A stretch of 33,776 nt of DNA from Anaerolineales bacterium (GCA_015484985.1 WFUL01000173.1:1-33776); one strand, 5' to 3'; positions 8,512 to 15,230 are shown, counted from the stretch's first letter. The notes: generated by a model from the sequence alone, not told the origin. Numbers and translations: made by a program.

Positions 8512-8613
8512 TCAGGAATTCCAGATGACAATAAGCAGGGCCAGGGTCGTCATAAGCATCACGGCCATGATGTAGAGGATGCATCCCCACGTGAGCCAGC
8601 GTTCACGCCACAT
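8512..8613 (-). CDS. possible 33-aa single-TM peptide (below the ORF-track cutoff)
   Basis: MWRERWLTWGCILYIMAVMLMTTLALLIVIWNS. The ATG lies 4 nt after GAGGAGGTG and overlaps the stop of the upstream gene. Confidence 0.35.
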   Translation of the reverse strand: MWRERWLTWGCILYIMAVMLMTTLALLIVIWNS

Positions 8614-8908
8614 CGCGCACCTCCTCGAAAGCCTGGTCTATGTCTTCCAGCAGTTCTCGCAGTTCCTGCGCCTCAACCCGGTCCATCGGCCCGGAAAAGT
8701 CCGGGGTCACGTAATAGGTGGGCGTACCGGTCAGGTCGGCCACGCGCACGTGAATCCGCAGCGCCGGATTCTGTCGCACGGCAAAGAACAAGTCCAGGCC
8801 GCCCGGAATCACCGACACCGTGTAAGGCCAGGACTCCCGCACACCGCGGGATTCCAGGGCCTTCAGGAACCTCATACGTCGCTCGACCAGCACCTGTTGC
8901 CGGTTCAT
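8603..8908 (-). CDS. hypothetical protein (101 aa)
   Basis: ATG at 8908 (MNRQQVLV) follows GGGAGGTGTGGCG. ATGA overlap with the upstream gene. Confidence 0.7.
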   Translation of the reverse strand: MNRQQVLVERRMRFLKALESRGVRESWPYTVSVIPGGLDLFFAVRQNPALRIHVRVADLTGTPTYYVTPDFSGPMDRVEAQELRELLEDIDQAFEEVRDVA

Positions 8909-9069
8909 CGCCACACCTCCCGCCCGAAAAGGTAGACAAAAGGCCAGAGGAAAAGGGTCAGGGCGAAACGGATGAAGGACTGTAACACGGCATCATCATC
9001 CACGGCGAAGAAAAACCCCGCCAAAAAGTACATCGTCACCAGGAAGAACAGAATGCCTTTCAGCGTCAT
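8905..9069 (-). CDS. small 2-TM membrane protein (54 aa)
   Basis: MTLKGILFFLVTMYFLAGFFFAV...FALTLFLWPFVYLF. SD GAGGAGGTGCGTC. Confidence 0.6.
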   Translation of the reverse strand: MTLKGILFFLVTMYFLAGFFFAVDDDAVLQSFIRFALTLFLWPFVYLFGREVWR

Positions 9070-9080
9070 GACGCACCTCC

Positions 9081-9392
9081 TCAATTTTCGAAAATGTCCG
9101 GCCCGACGCGCACCCAGCGCTTCAGGTCTGGGTCCCATTCAAAGATGGGTTGCGTCCGGGTCACCATGAGGGGCTTGTTTGGCCTTTCATACACCCGGAG
9201 CCGGGGCCGGGTGCCGGCATACCACCAGGTATAGCCCGACGCCCACTCATCTTGCGAGACCCGAACCTCAATCCATCCGGCCTGAACCTCATGCTCCAGG
9301 TCGGCCTCCCATTTGGCCTTCATCTGGGCCTCCAGGACATCAGGGCAGAGGTCCTGAATGAACACGTTCCGCGGTCCCACCTGCGCCGCCAT
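9081..9392 (-). CDS. hypothetical protein (103 aa)
   Basis: ATG after GGAGGGATGAGCG. Consistent codon bias. Confidence 0.7.
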   Translation of the reverse strand: MAAQVGPRNVFIQDLCPDVLEAQMKAKWEADLEHEVQAGWIEVRVSQDEWASGYTWWYAGTRPRLRVYERPNKPLMVTRTQPIFEWDPDLKRWVRVGPDIFEN

Positions 9393-9395
9393 CGC

Positions 9396-9617
9396 TCATC
9401 CCTCCAGAACCAACAGGGCTTCGATTTCCTGCACGCTGCCCTCGTCCGTCACGCCGATGACCATCGCCTTTCCGGGCAGGGAAACGTAAAGTTCATAGCC
9501 CACCAATTCATCGTTCTCCCCATAAATCTCACGCACGGCCGCGATGGTCCCAGGGCGCAAGTGCCAGGTCTTCCCCGTGATGTCTACCACGGTCACAAAA
9601 GGCTTCTGTCCCTTCAT
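9396..9617 (-). CDS. hypothetical protein (73 aa)
   Basis: Start MKGQKPF follows GGAGGTGAGGCC. Confidence 0.65.
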   Translation of the reverse strand: MKGQKPFVTVVDITGKTWHLRPGTIAAVREIYGENDELVGYELYVSLPGKAMVIGVTDEGSVQEIEALLVLEG

Positions 9618-9621
9618 GGCC

Positions 9622-10107
9622 TCACCTCCATTTTGGATAGGATTCCGGCGAAATGCCGTATGCATCGGCCATTTTCAGGTAGGCCGCCGTCCAGAGAATA
9701 CGCCGCAAAGCCAGGTGCCCAACACCAAAATCCTCTTTGACGCCTATCTCCCGGGCCACGTGGTCATGGGCGCGGGCAAAGGCATAGGCCACGGCGATAC
9801 CCGGCCCGCCACCCCAAATCCGCTTCTCCCGGACTTCAGCCAGGGCATTTTCGATGACCTCATCCGCCATTTCCAGAACCCGGTCCAGGTCCTCTTCGCT
9901 GAGCCAGTCCGAGGGCAGCATTCCGGCCTGCTTCAGACGCTCGTACCAGACCGGTTGCAGGTCCGGCTCTACAACGTCCCACACTTCGCGGTAAGCCACG
10001 ATGCTACGCAGGATGTGGCTTTTCTCATATTCGCTCAGGCTGTTCCATGAGGACTCACTTACATACCGACGCATGCACTGCAATACCTCCTTCGCCATGT
10101 CCACCAT
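9622..10107 (-). CDS. hypothetical protein (161 aa)
   Basis: ATG after GGAGGGATAACA. Confidence 0.7.
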   Translation of the reverse strand: MVDMAKEVLQCMRRYVSESSWNSLSEYEKSHILRSIVAYREVWDVVEPDLQPVWYERLKQAGMLPSDWLSEEDLDRVLEMADEVIENALAEVREKRIWGGGPGIAVAYAFARAHDHVAREIGVKEDFGVGHLALRRILWTAAYLKMADAYGISPESYPKWR

Positions 10108-10109
10108 TG

Positions 10110-10997
10110 TTATCCCTCCTTTTCGAGATTTTCGAGAATCGTTTTCAACGCCGGGTCATCCAGGTACGGGCGCAGGTCCAGGTCGCCCAGTTCGATATAG
10201 GCGAAACGGGCGTCACCCGCACGACTGGCGATGTAGCCCGGAAGGTCGCCCAGGGGCAAATTTGTTGCGGCCAACAAAATTCGCTTCCCCGCCAGGGCCG
10301 ACTCGTACCATCGGCCCCAAAGCATGGTCATGATTTCCTGTCGCCAGTCGGTGCCGCCCACCTTTTCGGCCTCATCCAGGGCCAGAAGTTCGAAGGATTG
10401 AAGCGTCTCAAGGCGCTTGCTCAGGGCATCAGGTTCGGGTCGTCCAAAGGCGTCCTGAAGGTAGCGCACCACTTCGGCCATGAGCCAGTACCGGCTCCAG
10501 ATGCGCCGGTACACGGCTTCCACCGCGGCCACCTTCAGTAGAAAGGTCTTGCCCGAGCCATATCCGCCGGACAGCAAAGCCCAGGTTCCTGGTCGCTCTT
10601 CGCCCTTCGCCAGGGCCACGGCCAGTTCCACGGCGTCCTTCACTGCCCGGGCTGCCTGTATCAGTTTCTCCACGTGTTCCGTCAGCGCCCGGTCCTTCTT
10701 CTGACGGGCCAGAACGCGCATAGCCCGAACGAAGGTCCGCACCGTGTCCCAGCGGTAGGGCCAACGTCGCCCAGCCCAGAAGTGCCAGGGCTCGACCAGG
10801 CCCGCCCGCTCAGCAAAGGTTTCGTAAGGCATATGGTCAGGGCAAGGAAAACCCATCGGCCGCCCGTTCCGCTCTACAATGAGCCAGCCGTCCATGCAGC
10901 AGGTCGCCTCCTGGACCTGGGGTTGAACCTGCTCAGAACCGGCCGCCTCGGGCTTCTCAGAGACCGCACCGCGCAGGGCCTCAGAAATCGTCTTCAT
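10110..10997 (-). CDS. DnaC/IstB-like AAA+ helicase loader
   Basis: Walker A LLSGGYGSGKTFLL. Walker B LLALDEAEK. N-terminal Cys cluster CCMDGW...FPCPDH. Confidence 0.85.
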   Translation of the reverse strand: MKTISEALRGAVSEKPEAAGSEQVQPQVQEATCCMDGWLIVERNGRPMGFPCPDHMPYETFAERAGLVEPWHFWAGRRWPYRWDTVRTFVRAMRVLARQKKDRALTEHVEKLIQAARAVKDAVELAVALAKGEERPGTWALLSGGYGSGKTFLLKVAAVEAVYRRIWSRYWLMAEVVRYLQDAFGRPEPDALSKRLETLQSFELLALDEAEKVGGTDWRQEIMTMLWGRWYESALAGKRILLAATNLPLGDLPGYIASRAGDARFAYIELGDLDLRPYLDDPALKTILENLEKEG

Positions 10998-11970
10998 CGC
11001 TCACCTCCTTTCGAAGATGCTCAGGGATATAGACCCGGTACTCATGCTTTACGCCCTCGCCCGTGAACCCGCGATGCAAGGGGCTGTCCCGCCGGTCCTT
11101 GCGCCCATTCCCGTTCCGGGCCGTGCCATTCTTCACCCGCCAGGCCATGTCCACGGCCTGGGTCGGCGTCGGCGGGTTCGGGAAGGGCCAGACCTTCGGC
11201 ACCTCGATGAGCCACTTACGCATCCGCTCCGCCGCCTGGGCCAGGGCCTCCCGGTCTGCATCCGGTCCGGCCTCGGCCCGAATGGCCTCCGCAGCCTCTT
11301 TGCGCAGACGGCCCAGGCGACTCTGGGGAAGCCGCGGAAACTCATCCGGGTTCTTCACAAAACCGCAAGCGTAAGCCAGGGCACGAATGACCTTGCCATG
11401 CGCCTCTTGGGGGATGGGAGCCTGTTTCTTTTTGCGAGATTTTTTCCGGGAAGGGGTTTGGGCAGGCGCTTCCTGCGCCTGCACCGATGCGTCAGCATCG
11501 GTGTCAGGATTAATCTCTGAAGTAGTCTTTGTTGTAGTCTTTGTTAATAGGTTGCCCGATTCGTCCAAACCTGTTTGTCCGTTTTGTGCATCCTTGTTTG
11601 GCGCATTTGTGCAATCTTGTTTCTCGCTTGCCGCTTTTTCCAGGGCACGGGCCAGGGCCTCCAGGTTCACGCGGAAATAGAGTTTGGCCGGAAGCCCACG
11701 GCGCTCCTCGTGCCAAAATCCGGTCGCCCGTAGGCGCTTACGGGCCGTTTCCTGTTCCCGCCGGGTCATACCGGTTTCCTGTTGCCACTCTTCGGCGGTC
11801 TTCCAGAACCATCCTTCCGGGTCCTCGGTGCGGGCCGTCCAGTACAGCGCCTGGGACAACATCAGCGCACCCAGGACGCCCAGGCGCTTGTCGCCAGCCG
11901 GAAGGTCCACAAAAATGCGATGAAAGGCGATAGGGCGGTCCAGGATGTGGGCCAGAAGTTTCTTACGCAT
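10981..11970 (-). CDS. replication initiator / replisome organiser (winged-helix N-domain)
   Basis: N-terminus (LGALMLSQALYWTAR...WFWKTAEEWQQETGMTRREQETARKRL) resembles phage O/DnaD-type initiators. It has a low-complexity linker (TKTTTKTT). The C-terminus ends in an acidic ...SDEDDF tail. It lies directly upstream of the loader. Confidence 0.7.
   Translation of the reverse strand: MRKKLLAHILDRPIAFHRIFVDLPAGDKRLGVLGALMLSQALYWTARTEDPEGWFWKTAEEWQQETGMTRREQETARKRLRATGFWHEERRGLPAKLYFRVNLEALARALEKAASEKQDCTNAPNKDAQNGQTGLDESGNLLTKTTTKTTSEINPDTDADASVQAQEAPAQTPSRKKSRKKKQAPIPQEAHGKVIRALAYACGFVKNPDEFPRLPQSRLGRLRKEAAEAIRAEAGPDADREALAQAAERMRKWLIEVPKVWPFPNPPTPTQAVDMAWRVKNGTARNGNGRKDRRDSPLHRGFTGEGVKHEYRVYIPEHLRKEVSDEDDF
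11463..11625. repeat. ori-like cluster of inverted and direct repeats inside the initiator gene
   Basis: Inverted repeats: CAGGCGC-N5-GCGCCTG (11463-11481) and CACCGATGC-gtca-GCATCGGTG (11482-11503). Tandem direct repeat: 12-bp GTAGTCTTTGTT x2 (11522-11545). Other direct repeats: TTTGTGCA x2 (11583, 11606) and CTTGTTT x2. This is the most A+T-rich part of the gene. Confidence 0.4.
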
Positions 11971-11993
11971 GACTTTCCTCCCAGGGTTTCTCG

Positions 11994-12089
11994 TGGTAGA
12001 ATATGCAAGGGCAGACTGGCCAGAGGGCCAGCGCTGCGTCCAGGAGGCGGTCAGAAAGGCGGGGCGAAACGCCCCGCCTTTCGTTTTTT
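11994..12089 (+). ncRNA. candidate plus-strand small RNA (extended -10 promoter to T-tract terminator)
   Basis: Plus strand has TGgTAGAAT at 11994-12002. About 80 nt downstream are the 12-bp hairpin 12055-12081 and TTTTTT (12084-12089). There is an internal hairpin CTGGCC-agag-GGCCAG. No ORF. Confidence 0.3.
12055..12081. terminator. GC-rich hairpin terminator (better U-tract on the plus strand)
   Basis: AAAGGCGGGGCG-aaa-CGCCCCGCCTTT. The plus strand continues cgTTTTTTa. The minus strand continues only CTGACC. Confidence 0.7.
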
Positions 12090-12090
12090 A

Positions 12091-12390
12091 TCATCCCTTG
12101 CCCTCCAGGAAAGCGTCAAGGGTCTTTTGCAGGCGCTCCAGGACGGCCAGGTATCGGTGCGCCTTCAAGTCCTCCAGATATTCCTGAAGAGACAGTTCCA
12201 GCACCTGGCCGTTTGCTCCCAGGCGGACCTTCACATCAAAGGCCCCGCCTGCCATAAGCGCCAGGACAGCAGGGTCATCGGGAACGTCCTCGACCAAATC
12301 TCTCTGGGCCTTTTCTGAGGCTCGCTTCCATGTCTCGTAAGCCCCAAGAAGGGCCACCAGCAGGTCACCGACGCGCAGGTCCTCCGTCAT
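12091..12390 (-). CDS. hypothetical protein (99 aa)
   Basis: Start MTEDLRVG lies 7 nt after GGAGGTG. The track's longer N-terminus overlaps the upstream gene. Confidence 0.65.
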   Translation of the reverse strand: MTEDLRVGDLLVALLGAYETWKRASEKAQRDLVEDVPDDPAVLALMAGGAFDVKVRLGANGQVLELSLQEYLEDLKAHRYLAVLERLQKTLDAFLEGKG

Positions 12391-12805
12391 TTTTTTCACC
12401 TCCATTCTGTGGGATAGCCTTTGCCAGTCGCCGGGTCGTGCCTCGTTGCGGCCACCAGTTACGGAACACCCATCGGGCCAGGCGCACAGCCTCCGCCGGG
12501 TCCGCACCCAGTAGGGTATCCCGGGTCATATGCACTACGCGGAACAGGTTTGACCGCGTGCGACCGCGGCCGTCCACCAGGACGTTGTATCGCCAGAGTT
12601 TGGGATGAGTCTGGGGAAGTAAGAGGGCTTGGGAGGCCTCTTCCCGGCTCAGGGTCTGACCGTACTTCTGAACCGCCAGACCCAGCACCAGACCGCGCAA
12701 CATAGAAGGGGGAAGGTACAGGGCGGCAATCACGGGGATTTCCACGGTCAGGATTTCATCGCTCGTGCCTTCCAGGTCTTTTCGAATCCGCTCAGCAAGA
12801 GTCAT
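12365..12805 (-). CDS. hypothetical protein (146 aa)
   Basis: Start MTLAERIRKD follows AAGGAGGTGGAGCC. It is the first gene after P3 and the leader terminator. Confidence 0.7.
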   Translation of the reverse strand: MTLAERIRKDLEGTSDEILTVEIPVIAALYLPPSMLRGLVLGLAVQKYGQTLSREEASQALLLPQTHPKLWRYNVLVDGRGRTRSNLFRVVHMTRDTLLGADPAEAVRLARWVFRNWWPQRGTTRRLAKAIPQNGGEKNDGGPARR

Positions 12806-12830
12806 GGCTCCACCTCCTTGACTGGTTATG

Positions 12831-12864
12831 AAAAAGGGGAGTGAGTATTTCACACTCACTCCCC
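12831..12864 (-). terminator. promoter-proximal intrinsic terminator (attenuator or sRNA terminator) in the P3 leader
   Basis: Minus strand: GGGGAGTGAGT-gtgaaat-ACTCACTCCCC-TTTTT. Perfect 11-bp stem. It lies about 35 nt after the predicted TSS and about 25 nt before the SD. Confidence 0.75.
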
Positions 12865-12906
12865 GGTCCGTGGGTATCGGGCTTTCAGCCACTCACTTCA
12901 CCCGTT

Positions 12907-12935
12907 ATTATACAGCACCAGGGGCGGCCTGTCAA
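12907..12935 (-). promoter_or_regulatory. consensus sigma70-type promoter P3
   Basis: AAAAACAC TTGACA (17 nt) TATAAT AACGGGTGA. Confidence 0.8.
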
Positions 12936-12960
12936 GTGTTTTTGACCGCCCCCGCTACGC

Positions 12961-13671
12961 TCAGTCCTCCAGTTCCACGGCTTGTTGCAGCAATTGGACG
13001 TAAAGCCGTAGACGCTTCGCCAGGTCTTCCAGGCCCTCCCGGTGCTGTTCGTCCAGGTCCAGCACCTCGGCCAGCATAGGCACGATGTTGGCCGTACTAT
13101 CCACCACCTGGACAAGCAGGCACATGACCTCTTTGCGGTCCGGACGGCTTTCGAGCCACTCCCGGACCTCTTCAACCGTCAACTCGCCCCGGCTGATGCG
13201 CTGGACCATGAGGCTGACGGAAATCGGGGCGATGTCATCATCCGGGAAGACCGCGCCCATCTCGGGTTCGGCTTCTACGATTCCCAGGTTCTCCTTGGCC
13301 CGGGCCAGGGCCTCTTCGGCTCGTAGCGTCATGTCTTGGGCTGCAATTTCGAGAAACTCTTTCAGAAGTTCGGGGTTTGAGCGGATACGGTAGGCCATTT
13401 CCCAATGGGCTAGACCAAGGTTCGGGTACTGGTCCCGAACCCCAGTCTGACCAAAGGCCCGCCACAGGTACAGAAAACGATAGATGCGGCTCGGCGACCG
13501 GCCCGTGATACGGGCCACGGCCGCCACAACCTTACCCACCTTGCCCCGGTCGGGCGGCAGGGCGTCTATGATTTCCGCAGTGATGCGCCCGACCTCGAAG
13601 GCGTTCGATACGGATTCTTCACGCAGTTCCAGAAGCCGCTGGATGACCTCGTCGGGCAATTTCACGCTCAT
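12961..13671 (-). CDS. putative HTH DNA-binding protein (236 aa)
   Basis: HTH-like VAAVARITGRSPSRIYRFLYLW followed by LGLAHWEMA (ParB/KorB-like 'L..SH' flavour). Acidic C-terminal half. Function not established. Confidence 0.7.
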   Translation of the reverse strand: MSVKLPDEVIQRLLELREESVSNAFEVGRITAEIIDALPPDRGKVGKVVAAVARITGRSPSRIYRFLYLWRAFGQTGVRDQYPNLGLAHWEMAYRIRSNPELLKEFLEIAAQDMTLRAEEALARAKENLGIVEAEPEMGAVFPDDDIAPISVSLMVQRISRGELTVEEVREWLESRPDRKEVMCLLVQVVDSTANIVPMLAEVLDLDEQHREGLEDLAKRLRLYVQLLQQAVELED

Positions 13672-13728
13672 GACCTTCCTCCTTTGCTGGGGTTTCGTGC
13701 CAGGGCCCGCGGTGCGGACCCAAACACG

Positions 13729-13759
13729 AAACCCCAGGCCCGCCAGGGGCCTGGGGTTT
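13729..13759 (-). terminator. hairpin terminator after the 132-aa gene
   Basis: AAACCCCAGGCC-cctggcg-GGCCTGGGGTTT, then CGTGTTTGGG. The 3' arm can alternatively pair with CACGAAACCCC at 13689-13699. Confidence 0.55.
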
Positions 13760-13763
13760 GGCT

Positions 13764-14162
13764 TTACTCGACCTGAATCAGGCCTTTACAACCCACCACG
13801 CGGCCCTGCTCATCACGTACAAGTTGACCAGGTACGTACAGGGGCGGTTTGGCCAGGGGATGATAACCGGTCTTACGCAGGGCCTCGGCAGCGACACGGC
13901 TCACAATCAGGCCGGTAGCCTGCGGGAAGGGGTCAATCAGGAAAACAGCCAGGCGGGTCCCGTCCACAAAAGTCTCATTGCCTTTGGGGTCCACCAGCAC
14001 CGGACGGCCAAGGGCTTCCCGGTACACAGGAATGCCGTCCACTTCACCGGCCTCTTCCACGGTCGCGCTTACGCGGACAGTATAGCCAGAAGGCGGAATC
14101 TCTACCTTGTCACCATCCTCGCGGATAACCACAATCTTGTGGGGCGTCAGGTTTACCAACAT
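13764..14162 (-). CDS. conserved-looking hypothetical protein (132 aa)
   Basis: MLVNLTPHKIVVI...IPPSG...VRV...GCKGL. SD GAGGAGGTGAGTC. It is transcribed together with the tRNA-like RNA. Confidence 0.8.
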   Translation of the reverse strand: MLVNLTPHKIVVIREDGDKVEIPPSGYTVRVSATVEEAGEVDGIPVYREALGRPVLVDPKGNETFVDGTRLAVFLIDPFPQATGLIVSRVAAEALRKTGYHPLAKPPLYVPGQLVRDEQGRVVGCKGLIQVE

Positions 14163-14191
14163 GACTCACCTCCTCAGTAAGGAATTTGACA

Positions 14192-14356
14192 GGGCCTGGC
14201 AGGAATCGAACCTGCGACCCCGGTGGGCCACTCCGGGGCTGGGCGTCCCATCCGCTCCCCGGTCAAGGGCCGGAGCCCATCCCGACCCGGCCAGGCCGCG
14301 CACCTGGCCTTCCCGGTTTTACCCTGGGCGTCCCCAGGGGGAGCCGCCCCAGGCCC
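14192..14356 (-). ncRNA. about 165-nt structured RNA closed by a tRNA-like acceptor stem plus T-arm
   Basis: 5' GGGCCTG (14356..14350) pairs perfectly with 3' CAGGCCC (14198..14192). The 3' strand directly follows GCAGG-TTCGATT-CCTGC. The element starts 5-8 nt after the predicted P2 TSS. The interior is GC-rich with strong hairpins and an 11-nt repeat GGGACGCCCAG x2. Confidence 0.45.
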
Positions 14357-14369
14357 ATGCTCACTCCCT

Positions 14370-14397
14370 ATTATACGCAAGCCGTTCGGTTTGTCAA
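14370..14397 (-). promoter_or_regulatory. consensus sigma70-type promoter P2
   Basis: AAAACCCC TTGACA (16 nt) TATAAT AGGGAGTGA. Confidence 0.85.
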
Positions 14398-14411
14398 GGG
14401 GTTTTACAATG

Positions 14412-14435
14412 TTTTTTGTTGCTGGCAACAAAAAA
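14412..14435. repeat. AT-rich palindrome TTTTTTGTTGC-tg-GCAACAAAAAA (copy 1 of 4)
   Basis: Lies 15 nt upstream of the P2 -35 and directly after the GC terminator stem. Confidence 0.8.
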
Positions 14436-14455
14436 CCCGGGCCTTTCGGCCCGGG
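14436..14455 (-). terminator. intrinsic terminator at the end of the late/lysis operon
   Basis: Minus strand: CCCGGGCC-gaaa-GGCCCGGG followed by TTTTTTGTTG. Confidence 0.8.
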
Positions 14456-14532
14456 TCTCACTGGTGAAGCACCCCCTATCCCGCCACAAGAAGGAGGAAG
14501 AAGGCCCTACACGGTGCGGCTATGATACCACA

Positions 14533-14859
14533 TCATCCCTGGGCGCGCAAGTTTTCCTTCCATCCTCGCACGCCCTCAAGGAAGTCGTGGACGAAGTTCG
14601 AGCCGCGGCCGATAATGAGGCCCGCCAGAACCTGGCCGAGCCAGGGCGCCCATACCGCGGTCGGCCGGAAGCCCATCAGGGCGAACAGGTCGAAGCCCAG
14701 GGCAAAAGCCACGGCCAGGCCCAGAGCCAGGGCCACGTAACGGGCCACGGGAACCTCGCCCACCTGGTGCCACGCCTTCGGCACCAGGTCCATGAGAATC
14801 TGGGTCACGTGCTCTACCACAAAGGCCGCAAGAACGAAAATCAGCGCCAGTTCCATCAT
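14533..14859 (-). CDS. putative holin (3 TM)
   Basis: LALIFVLAAFVV / YVALALGLAVAFALGFDLFALMGF / WLGQVLAGLIIG, then GSNFVHDF. Last gene of the lysis cassette. Confidence 0.65.
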   Translation of the reverse strand: MMELALIFVLAAFVVEHVTQILMDLVPKAWHQVGEVPVARYVALALGLAVAFALGFDLFALMGFRPTAVWAPWLGQVLAGLIIGRGSNFVHDFLEGVRGWKENLRAQG

Positions 14860-14888
14860 GATGACACCTCCTGCTTAGGATTTGCATT

Positions 14889-15227
14889 TCATGGGACGGG
14901 AACGCCCAGAAGGGCACCCATCCAGCGAAGGAAATCGGGCACGGTGAACCCGGTCACCGCCTGAACGAAAAGGGCCAAAAGAACGGCAAGCAAAATCCGG
15001 TCCCGCTTCTCGATGGCCGTCAGAAGTTCCGCGATGGCCTTCTGGTTCTCGCGAACCTGCTGAATCAGGCCCGGATGTTCCCATCCCCCGTTCCCGTAGA
15101 GTATCTTCTTAACCTGCCGAAAATCCTGGCTCATCGTTCCCAGACCTTCCTTGACATCTTTCCTTAGTTCGTGCAGGGCCTGCTCCAAAAGTGCAATGCG
15201 GGTCTCGAGGTCCGGCGCAGCAGGCAT
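14889..15227 (-). CDS. lysis-associated protein with a coiled-coil N-terminus and a C-terminal TM
   Basis: ILLAVLLALFVQAVTGF TM. It lies between the endolysin and the holin. Its role (holin partner or spanin-like) is inferred from position only. Confidence 0.55.
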   Translation of the reverse strand: MPAAPDLETRIALLEQALHELRKDVKEGLGTMSQDFRQVKKILYGNGGWEHPGLIQQVRENQKAIAELLTAIEKRDRILLAVLLALFVQAVTGFTVPDFLRWMGALLGVPVP

Positions 15228-15230
15228 GGT

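Noticed and set aside
11985-12010. Minus-strand promoter for the initiator gene (TTGCAT...)
   Set aside because: No acceptable -10 lies 16-18 nt downstream of the TTGCAT. The same bases read better as a plus-strand extended -10.
14192-14225. Simple attP core (copy of a host tRNA 3' end)
   Set aside because: This is not fully excluded. However, no integrase or recombinase is present in 33.8 kb. The perfect 7-nt complement sits exactly at the promoter-proximal 5' end. A second, different tRNA-like minihelix also exists at 5472-5515. Together these favour a structural RNA.
14192-14356. Canonical tRNA or tmRNA gene
   Set aside because: No D arm or anticodon arm lies within 70-95 nt of the T-arm. 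The closing helix spans about 165 nt. At about 165 nt it is far shorter than a one-piece tmRNA. Position 3:70 is G-C rather than G-U, and no plausible tag reading frame was seen. It is therefore kept only as a tRNA-like structured RNA.
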